From assembly GCA_002423395.1 (NCBI GenBank), contig DIVZ01000007.1, forward strand, positions 26,110 through 90,109: a stretch of DNA of 64,000 nt, read 5' to 3'. Position numbers and translations under genes: made by a program. Numbering within the stretch: the stretch's first letter is position 1; each line of letters begins with the position of its first letter. Origin of the DNA: Eubacteriaceae bacterium UBA6119. Its GTDB lineage: Bacteria; Bacillota; Clostridia; Eubacteriales; UBA1433. The notes beneath the pieces are model-generated. The model saw nothing but the letters and a program-made list of their open reading frames with translations, did not search any database and had not been told where the DNA came from. Below, piece by piece: positions 49,108 through 58,489 of this stretch.

Positions 49108-49596
49108 ATGATTATTGATGTTTCATGGCTTATAAAAAACGAAACTGAGCAGATAATCAAAACAGAAGAAGTTGATGGTTTTAAAGTATACGACGATGTT
49201 AAAGCTCTTACACCAATCAAGCTTTTTTCGCAGGCGTCTTTTAAGCACGGATTGTTAAATATTGATTTAGATATTGCATATACACTGGAGTTTATATGCT
49301 GCAGATGTTTAAAAGTATTTACAAAAGAGCAAAAATTAAAATTCAAAGAAGAGTACACGATAGGGCAGATACAGCAGACTTTTGAGGACAATATTATCAA
49401 CAGCGAAGAAATAGCAAAAGAATTGATAATATTAAACGCTTCGATAAAAAATCTGTGCAAAGAAGACTGTCTTGGACTGTGTGCCGTTTGCGGAAAAGAC
49501 AAAAACGAAAACAAATGCGATTGTGAAGATTACGAATCTAATCCGTACTTTGATAAATTAAAAATACTACTTTGTGAAAAAGACAAGGAGGTGTAA
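49108..49596 (+). CDS. yceD: YceD-family (DUF177) protein, large-subunit rRNA accumulation factor
   Basis: 162 aa with Cys pairs (CCRC and CAVCGKD...CDC). Sits immediately upstream of rpmF, the conserved pairing. Confidence 0.85.
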   Translation: MIIDVSWLIKNETEQIIKTEEVDGFKVYDDVKALTPIKLFSQASFKHGLLNIDLDIAYTLEFICCRCLKVFTKEQKLKFKEEYTIGQIQQTFEDNIINSEEIAKELIILNASIKNLCKEDCLGLCAVCGKDKNENKCDCEDYESNPYFDKLKILLCEKDKEV

Positions 49597-49599
49597 GAA

Positions 49600-49782
49600 A
49601 TGGCAGTACCGAAAAGTAGAACCAGTAAGTCGAAAAAGAAAATGCGCAGAGCACAAAACTTTAAGCTTGAAGTTCCTGCATTAAGCGTATGCACTAAGTG
49701 CGGTGAGGCAAAACTTCCGCACAGAGTTTGCAAAAAATGCGGCACATATAATAATATTGAAGTAATAAAAGTTGAACAATAA
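49600..49782 (+). CDS. rpmF: 50S ribosomal protein L32
   Basis: 60 aa with [18 protein letters not shown] and a CxxC...CxxC zinc ribbon. Confidence 0.95.
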   Translation: MAVPKSRTSKSKKKMRRAQNFKLEVPALSVCTKCGEAKLPHRVCKKCGTYNNIEVIKVEQ

Positions 49783-49793
49783 AAACATAGCAG

Positions 49794-49823
49794 AGCAGAG
49801 AAACTCTGCTTTTGTTTTTTTTT
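49794..49823 (+). terminator. intrinsic terminator after rpmF
   Basis: AGCAGAG / CTCTGCT stem with a 3-nt loop, followed by TTTGTTTTTTTTT. Confidence 0.75.
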
Positions 49824-49845
49824 ATTGTTTTTATTATTTATTATA

Positions 49846-49874
49846 TTGATTAATAACTATAATTCGGATAATAT
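49846..49874 (+). promoter_or_regulatory. sigma-A-type promoter for plsX operon
   Basis: TTGATT (49846-49851), 17-nt spacer, TAATAT (49869-49874). Confidence 0.45.
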
Positions 49875-49898
49875 AATTACATACATCGGAGGAAAATT

Positions 49899-50903
49899 AT
49901 GAGAATTATTGTAGATGCAATGGGCGGAGACAATGCGCCGGAGCAGGTAATAATAGGCGCTAAGCTTGCCGCAGAAGAGCTAGGTTGTAAAATCACGCTA
50001 ATAGGCAGCTCTGATGCCATAAATGAGATTATAGAAAAAAATAACATAGATAAAAATTTGTTTGAAATAGTAAACGCAAGCGAAGTTGTAACAAACAACG
50101 AAGAGCCGGCAACAGCAGTAAGGCGAAAGAAAGACTCATCGGTTTGCGTGGGACTTAATTTAGTAAAAGATGATCTTGACAGTGTATTTATATCAGCAGG
50201 AAGTACGGGCGCGCTGCTTGCAGGTTCACTTTTATACCCCGGCAGAATAAAAGGGATAAAAAGACCGGCAATAGCTGTTTTGCTCCCTAATGTTACAGGC
50301 GGCATGACAATGCTTTTAGACGCAGGCGCAAACGCAGACTGCAAAGCTGAATATTTGGAACAGTTTGCAATTATGGGAAGCGTTTATATGAAAAAAATGT
50401 ACAACATCAATGCTCCTAAAGTAGGTTTGTTAAATATAGGCACAGAAGATAAAAAAGGCAATGCGCTTATGCAGGAGACTTTCGGGCTTTTAAAAAATGC
50501 AGACATAAATTTTATAGGCAACATTGAGGGACGAGATGTGTTTAAAGGCAATTGCGACGTTATAGTGGCTGATGGATTTAGCGGCAACTTAATACTGAAA
50601 AGCCTTGAGGGGACTGCGGAGGTGTTATTTTCCGGAATAAAACAAGTAATGTATAAAAGTTTTGCAACAAAACTTGCGGCAGCAGTTATAAAGAAACCTT
50701 TAAAGCAATTTGCCAAAAGGTACGATTATACAGCATACGGCGGGTCTCCTTTATTGGGGGTTAACGCAAATGTAATAAAAGCTCACGGCAGCAGTAATGC
50801 CGAGGCATTTAAAAACGCGATTATTGCGGGAAAAATTTATTGTGAAAATAAAATTTTATCTGATATTATTAAAATAATTATTGAAAAAAATGATAATATA
50901 TAA
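49899..50903 (+). CDS. plsX: phosphate acyltransferase PlsX
   Basis: 334 aa with MRIIVDAMGGDNAP, GSTGA and GFSGN motifs. Confidence 0.95.
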   Translation: MRIIVDAMGGDNAPEQVIIGAKLAAEELGCKITLIGSSDAINEIIEKNNIDKNLFEIVNASEVVTNNEEPATAVRRKKDSSVCVGLNLVKDDLDSVFISAGSTGALLAGSLLYPGRIKGIKRPAIAVLLPNVTGGMTMLLDAGANADCKAEYLEQFAIMGSVYMKKMYNINAPKVGLLNIGTEDKKGNALMQETFGLLKNADINFIGNIEGRDVFKGNCDVIVADGFSGNLILKSLEGTAEVLFSGIKQVMYKSFATKLAAAVIKKPLKQFAKRYDYTAYGGSPLLGVNANVIKAHGSSNAEAFKNAIIAGKIYCENKILSDIIKIIIEKNDNI

Positions 50904-50948
50904 TAGAAATATAATTGATAATATTTAATTTTTAATGGAGGCTATGTA

Positions 50949-51173
50949 ATGCTACAGAAGGTAAAAAAAATAATTTCCGAACAATTGGAAGTGGATCAAA
51001 GCGTACTGAGCGGGAACACATCTTTTATTGACGATTTAGGGGCAGATTCTATTGATTTGCTGGAACTTGTGCTGGCGTTTGAGGATGAGTTCGGAATACA
51101 GATTGACGAGGATGATATAAAAAATATAAGGACTGTTGGAGATATTGTTGAATATATTGAAAACAAAAAATAA
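50949..51173 (+). CDS. acpP: acyl carrier protein
   Basis: 74 aa with the DLGADSIDLLELV phosphopantetheine-attachment motif. GGAGG RBS. Confidence 0.95.
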   Translation: MLQKVKKIISEQLEVDQSVLSGNTSFIDDLGADSIDLLELVLAFEDEFGIQIDEDDIKNIRTVGDIVEYIENKK

Positions 51174-51235
51174 TATATAGCCCGTTTTTTAGGAATAATG
51201 CAACTATACACTATGTTAATCATACATTTATAAAT

Positions 51236-51262
51236 AAAAGTTCCTTCGAACTTTTATTTTTT
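51236..51262 (+). terminator. possible weak terminator after acpP
   Basis: AAAAGTTC / GAACTTTT AT-rich stem with a 4-nt loop, followed by ATTTTTTT. Confidence 0.4.
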
Positions 51263-51279
51263 TATAAGGAGCTTGCTTA

Positions 51280-51966
51280 ATGAGCTGTTATGATGAAATA
51301 TATAAAAAGATAAAATATATTTTTAAAAATGAAAAGCTGATTGAAAATGCGCTTATACATCCGTCATATAATTATGAAAATAATATAAGCTCGGATAATC
51401 AAAGAATGGAATTTTTGGGAGACGCGGTGTTAGCATTAGTAATCAGCGATATATTGTACAGAAAATACAAAGAAGTTGATGAAGGCAAACTAAGCAAGAT
51501 GAGAAGCGCGCTTGTAAATAAAAACATGTTCTTACAAAAGGCATTGGAAATTGACATAAACGAGCATATAAAGCTAAGCAGCGGTGAAGAAAACACAGGG
51601 GGAAGGATGCGACAATCCAATCTTGCGGATTGTTTTGAAGCGGTAATAGGAGCGGTATATTTAGACGGCGGTTTTGAAGAGAGTTTCAAAGTTATTGAAG
51701 AATTATTTATAAAAGAGCTTGATAATCTGCAAAATCAGGAAGTGTATGTAAACTACAAATCGTACTTGCAGGAATATATGCAAAAACGTCATGAGCCAAT
51801 ACCTGCATACAAATTAAAAGAAATAAAAGGCGAGAGTCATAAACAAATTTTTGTGGTAGAATTATATATAGGCGATAAATTGGCTGTTACAGAAAGCGCG
51901 ACGAGTAAAAAAGAAGCGGAAAAAAGAGCGGCTAAAAAGGCGCTTAAAAATATGGGAATTTTATAA
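51280..51966 (+). CDS. rnc: ribonuclease III
   Basis: 228 aa with the NQRMEFLGDAVL catalytic signature and a C-terminal dsRBD (KSYLQEY...KKEAEKRAAKKAL). Confidence 0.95.
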   Translation: MSCYDEIYKKIKYIFKNEKLIENALIHPSYNYENNISSDNQRMEFLGDAVLALVISDILYRKYKEVDEGKLSKMRSALVNKNMFLQKALEIDINEHIKLSSGEENTGGRMRQSNLADCFEAVIGAVYLDGGFEESFKVIEELFIKELDNLQNQEVYVNYKSYLQEYMQKRHEPIPAYKLKEIKGESHKQIFVVELYIGDKLAVTESATSKKEAEKRAAKKALKNMGIL

Positions 51967-51994
51967 ACTATATTTATTATTAAGAGGACGGTAC

Positions 51995-54900
51995 ATGTAT
52001 TTAAAGCAGATTGAAATAATAGGATTTAAGTCGTTTGCGAAAAAAACACAGATTGACCTTACGGGTAACATTACTGCGGTAGTAGGGCCGAACGGAAGCG
52101 GCAAAAGCAATGTAGCCGATGCAGTAAAATGGGTTTTAGGCGAACAAAGGGTAAAACATTTAAGAGGGGATAAAATGGAGGACGTTATATTCAACGGTAC
52201 GCTTGAAAAACGTCCGCTGGGTTTTGCGCAGGTAAGTCTGCTTATTGATAACTCAAGCAAGATACTGCCTATAGATTATGATGAAGTGAATATAACAAGA
52301 AGGCTTTTCCGCTCGGGAGAAAGTCAGTATTACATAAATAAAACGCTGTGCAGGCATAAAGATATTGTGCAGCTTTTTATGGATACGGGGCTTGGAAGAG
52401 AAGGATATTCAATAATAGGACAAGGTCAGGTGCAGGAAATTATTGACGGCAATCCGCTAAGCAGGAGACTATTAATAGAAGAAGCGGTAGGCATTGTTAA
52501 ATATAAGACTAAAAAGCTTGAAGCTGAGCGCAGACTTGAAAAAACTCAGATGAATTTGGACAGAGCGGAAGATATAATTTCCGAACTGCAAAAGCGTATA
52601 GAACCTCTTAGAAGACAATCGGAAAAAGCTCAGAAGTACTTATTAATGCGTGATGAATTAAAAGAACGAGAGCTGAATATTTACGCTCACAGAATTGATG
52701 AATACACAGAAGAATTAAACAAATACAGTTCTGATAAGCAGATTCTTCAAAATAATTTCTCGGAGCTTGAAGAGTCATTTATCGTCATTGAAAATAAGAC
52801 GTCATATTTAAAAGAAACTATATCTGCCTGCGAGACAAAACTTAGCGAAATTAATTCCAAAATATATGAATTATCATCAATTAACGAAAACGCAAAAACG
52901 CAGCGGGAAATATCAAAAGTAAAATTTGAACAAAATCAAGTAAGCATCAATGAGCTTGATGAGGAAATTATTAATATACAAAGCAACATTGATTTACTTT
53001 TATGCCAAAAGGAAGAGATTGAAACATCGCTATCCGAATTAAATAACCAACATTCAAAGCTGAACAAGTTAGCAGAAGAACAAAAAGCTATAGTAGCGTC
53101 AAGCTTTGAAATGCAGGATAATTTTATAAACAGAGAGAGCGAATATAAAAATATTTTATACATCTCTTCAAAATTTGAAGAGAATCTATGCGAAAATGAA
53201 GAAAAGCTATCTGTTATAAAAACAGATCTACACGAGCTTTCAATAGATATTGACAATACAAAAACTCAAATAAATTTAAAACAAAACGATTATATTAAAT
53301 TAAAAGAGCAAAGCAATACATACTTAAAAGAAAAAGATAATTATGAAAATGCTATAAATGAAACACTGCAAAAAATAAAAGTAATGCAGTCTCAGCTGTC
53401 TATGATGAAAGCCAATGAAGACGATATGCAGGGATACGGCTATGCGGTAAAAAAAATACTGCAGGCAGGCAAGAACGGTATGCCCGCAGGAGTGTGCGGG
53501 GTGCTTGCGGAGCTTATTGATGTGGAAGATAAATATTTAAAGGCGATAACGGCAGCGATGGGCGGAGCGTTTCGATACGTTGTTGTCAGCGATGAAAACG
53601 CTGCCGCGGAATGTATAAATTTACTAAATAGAAACAAATGGGGCAGAGTTACATTTATGCCGATATCAGTGATAAGACCTTCGGTGTTTTCATACGAAGA
53701 GAAAAACAGCTTTGAGGGCAAATATGAAGCTGCGGCATATGAACTGGTTAAATTTAATCCCATTTATGACGGCGTAGTGAAGCATATACTCGGAAGAGTT
53801 ATAATAGCAAAAGATATCAATCAAGCGACGCAGCTTGCCAAAGCCACAAGGCATAAATTTAAAATAGTTACTCTAAACGGCGAGGTGTTTATGCCCGGCG
53901 GCATTGTAATAGGCGGCGAAAGCAAGTCGGACAATATTGCGCCTCTGCAGAGAAAGAGACGCATAGACGAGATAAAAAAAGAAATTGACCTATCTCAAAA
54001 CGAGTATGACAGACTTGTCGGAAAATCGGCGCAAAACAGAAGTTTAATTGCAAAAACAAACGAAGAGATTGAAAATCTGCAAAAGGCGATTAATGAGCTT
54101 AACATTAAAAACGCCAACATAAGTTCTGAATTTAACAACCTGTCAAATTTCGAAAAAAGCATACTAAAACAAAATGAAGATATTTTACAGCAGCTAAAAT
54201 TAACGGCTGAGAAGAAAGAAAAATTTCTGCTGCTGTTAAATACGGATGCAAATATTGAAGAAATTAAAAACAACTATAATATTCAGACGGAAAAACTCAA
54301 TATATTTAACATAGATTTAGTTAAGATATCAGAAAATATTAAATATACATCGGACAGGCTGTTAAATATAAATATTGAAATTGATAAAAACAGAAACCAG
54401 CTTGAGCAAAATAAAAATAAAATAAATTATTTAAACAATGAGTCAGATGACTTGCAAAATAAAATGGAACAATATCAGCAAGGCAGCGATTTATATGAGA
54501 CTCAAAAAACAGAGTATAAAGAAAACTATGATAATACTCTGCTGGAAAAAAGTACAGCTAACGAAGAATTTGATAAAAGCAATGCGGAATTAATAAGACT
54601 AAGCAAAGAAAAAAGCGAAATTAAAGACGTTATAAACAGCATTGATTTAAAAATTAACAATATACAATTAAAAACGGAGCACATTGCTCAGAGTATAGGC
54701 GAAGAGTATCAGATAGGTATTGACGATTTAGCGGAATACAAAAAAACTATTGATGCTTTCGGCGAGTATGCGGCTAAAACGGATGAAATGAAAAAAACGA
54801 TAAAATCATTCGGAAACATTAATGTCGGCGCAGTGGAAGAATACAAGGAAGTAACGCAGAGATATGAGTTTCTGACATCTCAAAGAGATGATTTGCTTGA

Positions 54901-55405
54901 GGCGAAAAAAGACATCGAAAGCGTCATTAAAGATGTAGAGCGAAATATGGCTGTACAGTTCAAACAACAATTTTCTCAAATTCAGGAAGAGTTTGACAAA
55001 GCTTTTAAAAAATTGTTCGCAGGAGGAGCCGCTTCATTAATAATTTTGGATGAAGATGATTTATTAAATACCGGAATTGATATTTCGGCACAGCCTCCCG
55101 GTAAAAAGCTTAAAAATATTTCAATGCTTTCAGGCGGAGAAAAAGCGATGACGTCCATAGCGCTTCTTTTCGCGATACTGAAAATAAAACCGGCTCCGTT
55201 TTGTGTACTTGATGAGATTGACGCCGCGCTTGACGATAATAACGTTTCATTGTTCGCAAAATATATTAATGAGGAAAGAAAAAATAACCAGCTTATTATT
55301 ATTACTCACAAAAAAAGGACAATGGAAGTGTGTGACTGCTTGTACGGGGCGAGCATGGGCAACGAAGGCATAACTAAGATTGTGTCTTTAAAACTTACAA
55401 GCTAA
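51995..55405 (+). CDS. smc: chromosome segregation protein SMC
   Basis: 1136 aa with Walker A GPNGSGKSN, long coiled coils, a central hinge (GVLAELIDV...), the C-terminal signature LSGGEKA and Walker B CVLDEIDAALD. Confidence 0.95.
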   Translation: MYLKQIEIIGFKSFAKKTQIDLTGNITAVVGPNGSGKSNVADAVKWVLGEQRVKHLRGDKMEDVIFNGTLEKRPLGFAQVSLLIDNSSKILPIDYDEVNITRRLFRSGESQYYINKTLCRHKDIVQLFMDTGLGREGYSIIGQGQVQEIIDGNPLSRRLLIEEAVGIVKYKTKKLEAERRLEKTQMNLDRAEDIISELQKRIEPLRRQSEKAQKYLLMRDELKERELNIYAHRIDEYTEELNKYSSDKQILQNNFSELEESFIVIENKTSYLKETISACETKLSEINSKIYELSSINENAKTQREISKVKFEQNQVSINELDEEIINIQSNIDLLLCQKEEIETSLSELNNQHSKLNKLAEEQKAIVASSFEMQDNFINRESEYKNILYISSKFEENLCENEEKLSVIKTDLHELSIDIDNTKTQINLKQNDYIKLKEQSNTYLKEKDNYENAINETLQKIKVMQSQLSMMKANEDDMQGYGYAVKKILQAGKNGMPAGVCGVLAELIDVEDKYLKAITAAMGGAFRYVVVSDENAAAECINLLNRNKWGRVTFMPISVIRPSVFSYEEKNSFEGKYEAAAYELVKFNPIYDGVVKHILGRVIIAKDINQATQLAKATRHKFKIVTLNGEVFMPGGIVIGGESKSDNIAPLQRKRRIDEIKKEIDLSQNEYDRLVGKSAQNRSLIAKTNEEIENLQKAINELNIKNANISSEFNNLSNFEKSILKQNEDILQQLKLTAEKKEKFLLLLNTDANIEEIKNNYNIQTEKLNIFNIDLVKISENIKYTSDRLLNINIEIDKNRNQLEQNKNKINYLNNESDDLQNKMEQYQQGSDLYETQKTEYKENYDNTLLEKSTANEEFDKSNAELIRLSKEKSEIKDVINSIDLKINNIQLKTEHIAQSIGEEYQIGIDDLAEYKKTIDAFGEYAAKTDEMKKTIKSFGNINVGAVEEYKEVTQRYEFLTSQRDDLLEAKKDIESVIKDVERNMAVQFKQQFSQIQEEFDKAFKKLFAGGAASLIILDEDDLLNTGIDISAQPPGKKLKNISMLSGGEKAMTSIALLFAILKIKPAPFCVLDEIDAALDDNNVSLFAKYINEERKNNQLIIITHKKRTMEVCDCLYGASMGNEGITKIVSLKLTS

Positions 55406-55415
55406 GGAGAAAAAA

Positions 55416-56318
55416 TTGGCTGATAACAATTATAAAAACGCATTAAGGGCGACAAAACTGTCGATTTTTGATAAACTAAAAAATGTTTTTACAGGCTCTG
55501 ACATAACGGATGAGTCTTACGAGGAAATACTTGAGACGTTAATTCTGTGCGATGTCGGTGTTGAATGCGCACAGAAAATAACCGATGAGCTCCAGAAAAA
55601 AGCGCAGGAAAAAAAGATAACAAAATCCGATATGCTTACGGGGCTTTTAAAAGAAACACTTGTAGAATTACTTGATAAAGATAATACAAAAAACGAAATC
55701 AAACTTCCTGTAATATTTTTATCTGTCGGAGTAAACGGTTCTGGCAAGACAACATCTATTGCGAAAATCGCAAACAAGTATAAAAAAGAAGGGAAAAACG
55801 TCATGTTAGCAGCTGCGGACACTTTTAGAGCCGCGGCAGTGGAACAACTGGATATTTGGGCAAAAAGGATAGATGTGCCTATTGTAAAAAGCAGCACCGG
55901 CTCTGATCCTGCCGCTGTAGCATATGACGCGCTGACTTCGGCTACTGCGAGAAAATCAGATTTACTCATTGTTGACACCGCAGGCAGACTTTCGAACAAA
56001 GTTAATTTGATGGCTGAGCTTGCGAAAATATACGGCGTGCTTGAAAAAGGAAAAAACGATTTTAATTTATATACATTTATAACTGTTGACGCTACAAGCG
56101 GGCTTAATGCGTTAAGTCAAGTTGAGGCATTTGCTAATTCGTGCAAACTGGATGGTATTGTCATATCTAAAATTGACGGAAGCAGCAAAGGCGGAATAAT
56201 AATACCTATTTTAATGAAATATAAACTTCCCATATGGTTTGTGGGAACAGGCGAAAAATTAGACGATTTAAATGAATTTAACGCTGAAGAGTATGTGGAA
56301 GCGATGCTTGACGATTAA
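55416..56318 (+). CDS. ftsY: signal recognition particle receptor FtsY
   Basis: 300 aa with an NG domain, GVNGSGKTTSIAK, DTAGR and SKIDG motifs. Confidence 0.95.
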   Translation: MADNNYKNALRATKLSIFDKLKNVFTGSDITDESYEEILETLILCDVGVECAQKITDELQKKAQEKKITKSDMLTGLLKETLVELLDKDNTKNEIKLPVIFLSVGVNGSGKTTSIAKIANKYKKEGKNVMLAAADTFRAAAVEQLDIWAKRIDVPIVKSSTGSDPAAVAYDALTSATARKSDLLIVDTAGRLSNKVNLMAELAKIYGVLEKGKNDFNLYTFITVDATSGLNALSQVEAFANSCKLDGIVISKIDGSSKGGIIIPILMKYKLPIWFVGTGEKLDDLNEFNAEEYVEAMLDD

Positions 56319-56359
56319 ATTTTTAATTCAGATATAATTTAATTTGAAAGAGGTATTTT

Positions 56360-57124
56360 ATGACACATGAACAAATAGCCGAAAAATTATTTGAGGCATA
56401 CAAAAATTCTACTCTGACAGAAAATCTCGCGGAAGAAGACAGTGTAAAGACGAGCGAAGAGGCTTATAAAATTCAACAGATGTTTTTTGAGAAAAGAATT
56501 AAGATGGGTGAAAAAATATCGGGCGCAAAAGCCGGCGCGACAAGCAAAGTCGCGATGAAAGTAATGAATTTAACAGAACCGTTTTTCGCGCCGCTAACTG
56601 ATAAAGATTTTTTTACCGGGGATTTATCATTTTCAAAATGTCCCGGAATGCAGCTGGTTGAGCTTGAGATAGCATTCAGAGCCGTATGCGACATACCCGC
56701 CGACGCTTCTGCTGATGAAATCATTAAAAATACTGAAATCGCAATGGCGGTCGAAGTGCCTACAAGAAGAACAGAAAAACCCGAAAAGATAAATGATTTA
56801 ATATCTGACTGCGGGTGCGGCGGAAATGTGTATTATGTGAACAGTTTTATTCCAACGCCCGATTTTGAAGCTCTCGCTTCATATAGCGGAAGAGTATACT
56901 TAGACGGTAAAGTCGTTGCGCAGGGAACAAGCGACGGAGTTTTGGATAACCCGGTAAACGCGGTGATGTATGCTAATAAAATGATGAATAAATTATACAC
57001 TCCGATAAAAAAAGGCATGGTCATTATATCGGGTTCATTAACGCCTCCTCTGCAGGCCGTAAAAGGAGAGTATAAGTTTGAAATCGACAATTTAGGAACG
57101 GCGGAGTTTAAAATAACGGATTAG
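56360..57124 (+). CDS. 2-keto-4-pentenoate hydratase (MhpD/HpcG-like, FAH superfamily) family protein
   Basis: 254 aa that aligns by eye with MhpD: AYKIQ, GAKAGATS, ELEIAF, NPVNAVMYANKM, and a GSLTPP tail. Confidence 0.7.
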   Translation: MTHEQIAEKLFEAYKNSTLTENLAEEDSVKTSEEAYKIQQMFFEKRIKMGEKISGAKAGATSKVAMKVMNLTEPFFAPLTDKDFFTGDLSFSKCPGMQLVELEIAFRAVCDIPADASADEIIKNTEIAMAVEVPTRRTEKPEKINDLISDCGCGGNVYYVNSFIPTPDFEALASYSGRVYLDGKVVAQGTSDGVLDNPVNAVMYANKMMNKLYTPIKKGMVIISGSLTPPLQAVKGEYKFEIDNLGTAEFKITD

Positions 57125-57146
57125 ATAATATTAATAAATAAGTTTC

Positions 57147-57175
57147 AAAGCGGGCAATGCTGCCCGCTTTTTTAA
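57147..57175 (+). terminator. intrinsic terminator after the hydratase gene (end of the smc-ftsY transcription unit)
   Basis: AAAGCGGGCA / TGCCCGCTTT 10-bp stem with a 4-nt loop, followed by TTTT. Confidence 0.8.
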
Positions 57176-57323
57176 CGTTTAAATATGATAAAATCACATA
57201 ATTTTCTTAAATTTAAATTAATTAAATTAAATTAACTTATTTTTTATCTGCACAAAATAGGACAAATTATTTAAAACATGTTTGGTATATTATGTATAAA
57301 TTATGATTTCGGGGGCGTATTTT

Positions 57324-58124
57324 ATGGGAAAAACAATTGTAATAACTTCCGGAAAAGGCGGGGTGGGTAAAACAACAACAACAGCCAATTTAGGCGCCGC
57401 GCTTGCCATGTTCGGCAAAAGCGTAGTTGTGGTTGACGCGGATATAGGGCTTAGAAATTTAGATGTGGTAATGGGTCTTGAAAACAGAATTGTATATAAT
57501 TTAGTTGACGTTATAGAAGGTAAATGCCGCATTAAGCAGGCGCTTATTAAGGACAAGCGGTATGAGGGACTATATCTTCTGGCCGCGGCGCAGACAAAGG
57601 ACAAAGACTGCATTAACCCGCTGCAGATGAAAAAGCTGTGTCTTGATTTGCAGGACAGTTTTGAGTTTGTTTTGGTGGACAGCCCCGCGGGAATTGAGAA
57701 CGGTTTTAAAAACGCTATTGCGGGAGCGAGCCAGTCTATAATAGTAACAACACCCGAAATATCTGCGGTAAGAGACGCAGACAGAATAATCGGGCTGCTT
57801 GAGGCCGGCGGACTCTATCAGAACCATCTGCTTATAAACAGAGTAAGACCGGATCTGATAAAAAAGGGCGATATGATGGATATTAATGATGTTATAGATA
57901 TTTTATCGCTTAGTTTAATAGGGGTAGTTCCTGACAACAAGGATATAGTAGTAAGCACAAATAAAGGAGAACCAATAGCGTCAAACGATAAATCGCTTGC
58001 CGGGAGAGCTTTTAAAAATATCGCGGCAAGACTGATGGGGCAAAACATTCCGTTTTTGGATTTGAAAGACAATACTTCAGTTTTAGTAAGGTTTGCCGAG
58101 GCGATAAGCGGCTCAGGGAGGTAG
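57324..58124 (+). CDS. minD: septum site-determining ATPase MinD
   Basis: MGKTIVITSGKGGVGKTTTTANLG is the deviant Walker A. I place the start at ATG 57324 after GGGGGCG. The track ORF starts 21 nt earlier. Confidence 0.93.
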   Translation: MGKTIVITSGKGGVGKTTTTANLGAALAMFGKSVVVVDADIGLRNLDVVMGLENRIVYNLVDVIEGKCRIKQALIKDKRYEGLYLLAAAQTKDKDCINPLQMKKLCLDLQDSFEFVLVDSPAGIENGFKNAIAGASQSIIVTTPEISAVRDADRIIGLLEAGGLYQNHLLINRVRPDLIKKGDMMDINDVIDILSLSLIGVVPDNKDIVVSTNKGEPIASNDKSLAGRAFKNIAARLMGQNIPFLDLKDNTSVLVRFAEAISGSGR

Positions 58125-58127
58125 GGT

Positions 58128-58403
58128 GTGATTACCAAAACGAGACTAAAAACAGAAGAAAGCAAAGAAATTGCGAAAGAAAGACTGAAAAACATACTTC
58201 TATCCGACAGAATTAACGTATCAAATGAAGTGCTTGATATGATAAAGAAGGACGTGGTGGATGTTGTAAAAGATTATTTTGACGCAAATGAGGCAAAAAG
58301 CGAGGTTTACATAACAAGCTGCAACGAAGATTCGGTTATAAAAACTTCTTTAATAGCAGTAATACCCATAAATAAAACTCGGAATAAAAATAAAAACGAT
58401 TAA
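58128..58403 (+). CDS. minE: cell division topological specificity factor MinE
   Basis: 91 aa with a GTG start 9 nt after GGGAGG. SKEIAKERLKNILLSDR matches the conserved MinE N-terminal motif (AKERLQ..L..DR). Sits directly after minD. Confidence 0.85.
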   Translation: MITKTRLKTEESKEIAKERLKNILLSDRINVSNEVLDMIKKDVVDVVKDYFDANEAKSEVYITSCNEDSVIKTSLIAVIPINKTRNKNKND

Positions 58404-58426
58404 CCCGATTTATATCGGGTTTTTTA
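58402..58426 (+). terminator. intrinsic terminator after minE
   Basis: AACCCGAT / ATCGGGTT stem with a 4-nt loop, followed by TTTTT. Confidence 0.8.
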
Positions 58427-58455
58427 TTGCAAAAATTCTTATTTTTTTATACAAT
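58427..58455 (+). promoter_or_regulatory. sigma-A-type promoter for the pur operon
   Basis: TTGCAA (58427-58432), 17-nt spacer, TACAAT (58450-58455), about 35 nt before the purL ATG. Confidence 0.55.
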
Positions 58456-58489
58456 ACACATATAGCGTAAAAATAGTTTTGGGGGCATT

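Noticed and set aside
26472-55999. Long antisense ORFs inside well-supported genes. Examples: 26472-27080 in yicC, 48352-49023 in ackA, 49092-49514 in yceD, 49877-50344 in plsX, 55517-55999 in ftsY, 42232-42627 in recG, and several in smc.
   Set aside because: Each is fully nested antisense in a gene with unambiguous family motifs. Their products are low-complexity S/F/L/I-rich with no start context. They are typical shadow ORFs.
57205-57245. Reiterated AAATT/TAAATT motifs (TTAAATTTAAATTAATTAAATTAAATTAAC) upstream of minD.
   Set aside because: This is an AT-rich low-complexity spacer with no defined repeat unit or spacer structure. It is not CRISPR-like and I recognise no binding-site consensus.
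58404-58489. Looked for a purine riboswitch or other leader element upstream of the pur operon, and for a T-box before gltX at 15624.
   Set aside because: Only about 35 nt separate the predicted -10 from the purL ATG, too short for a riboswitch aptamer plus expression platform. gltX overlaps queG and has no leader at all.
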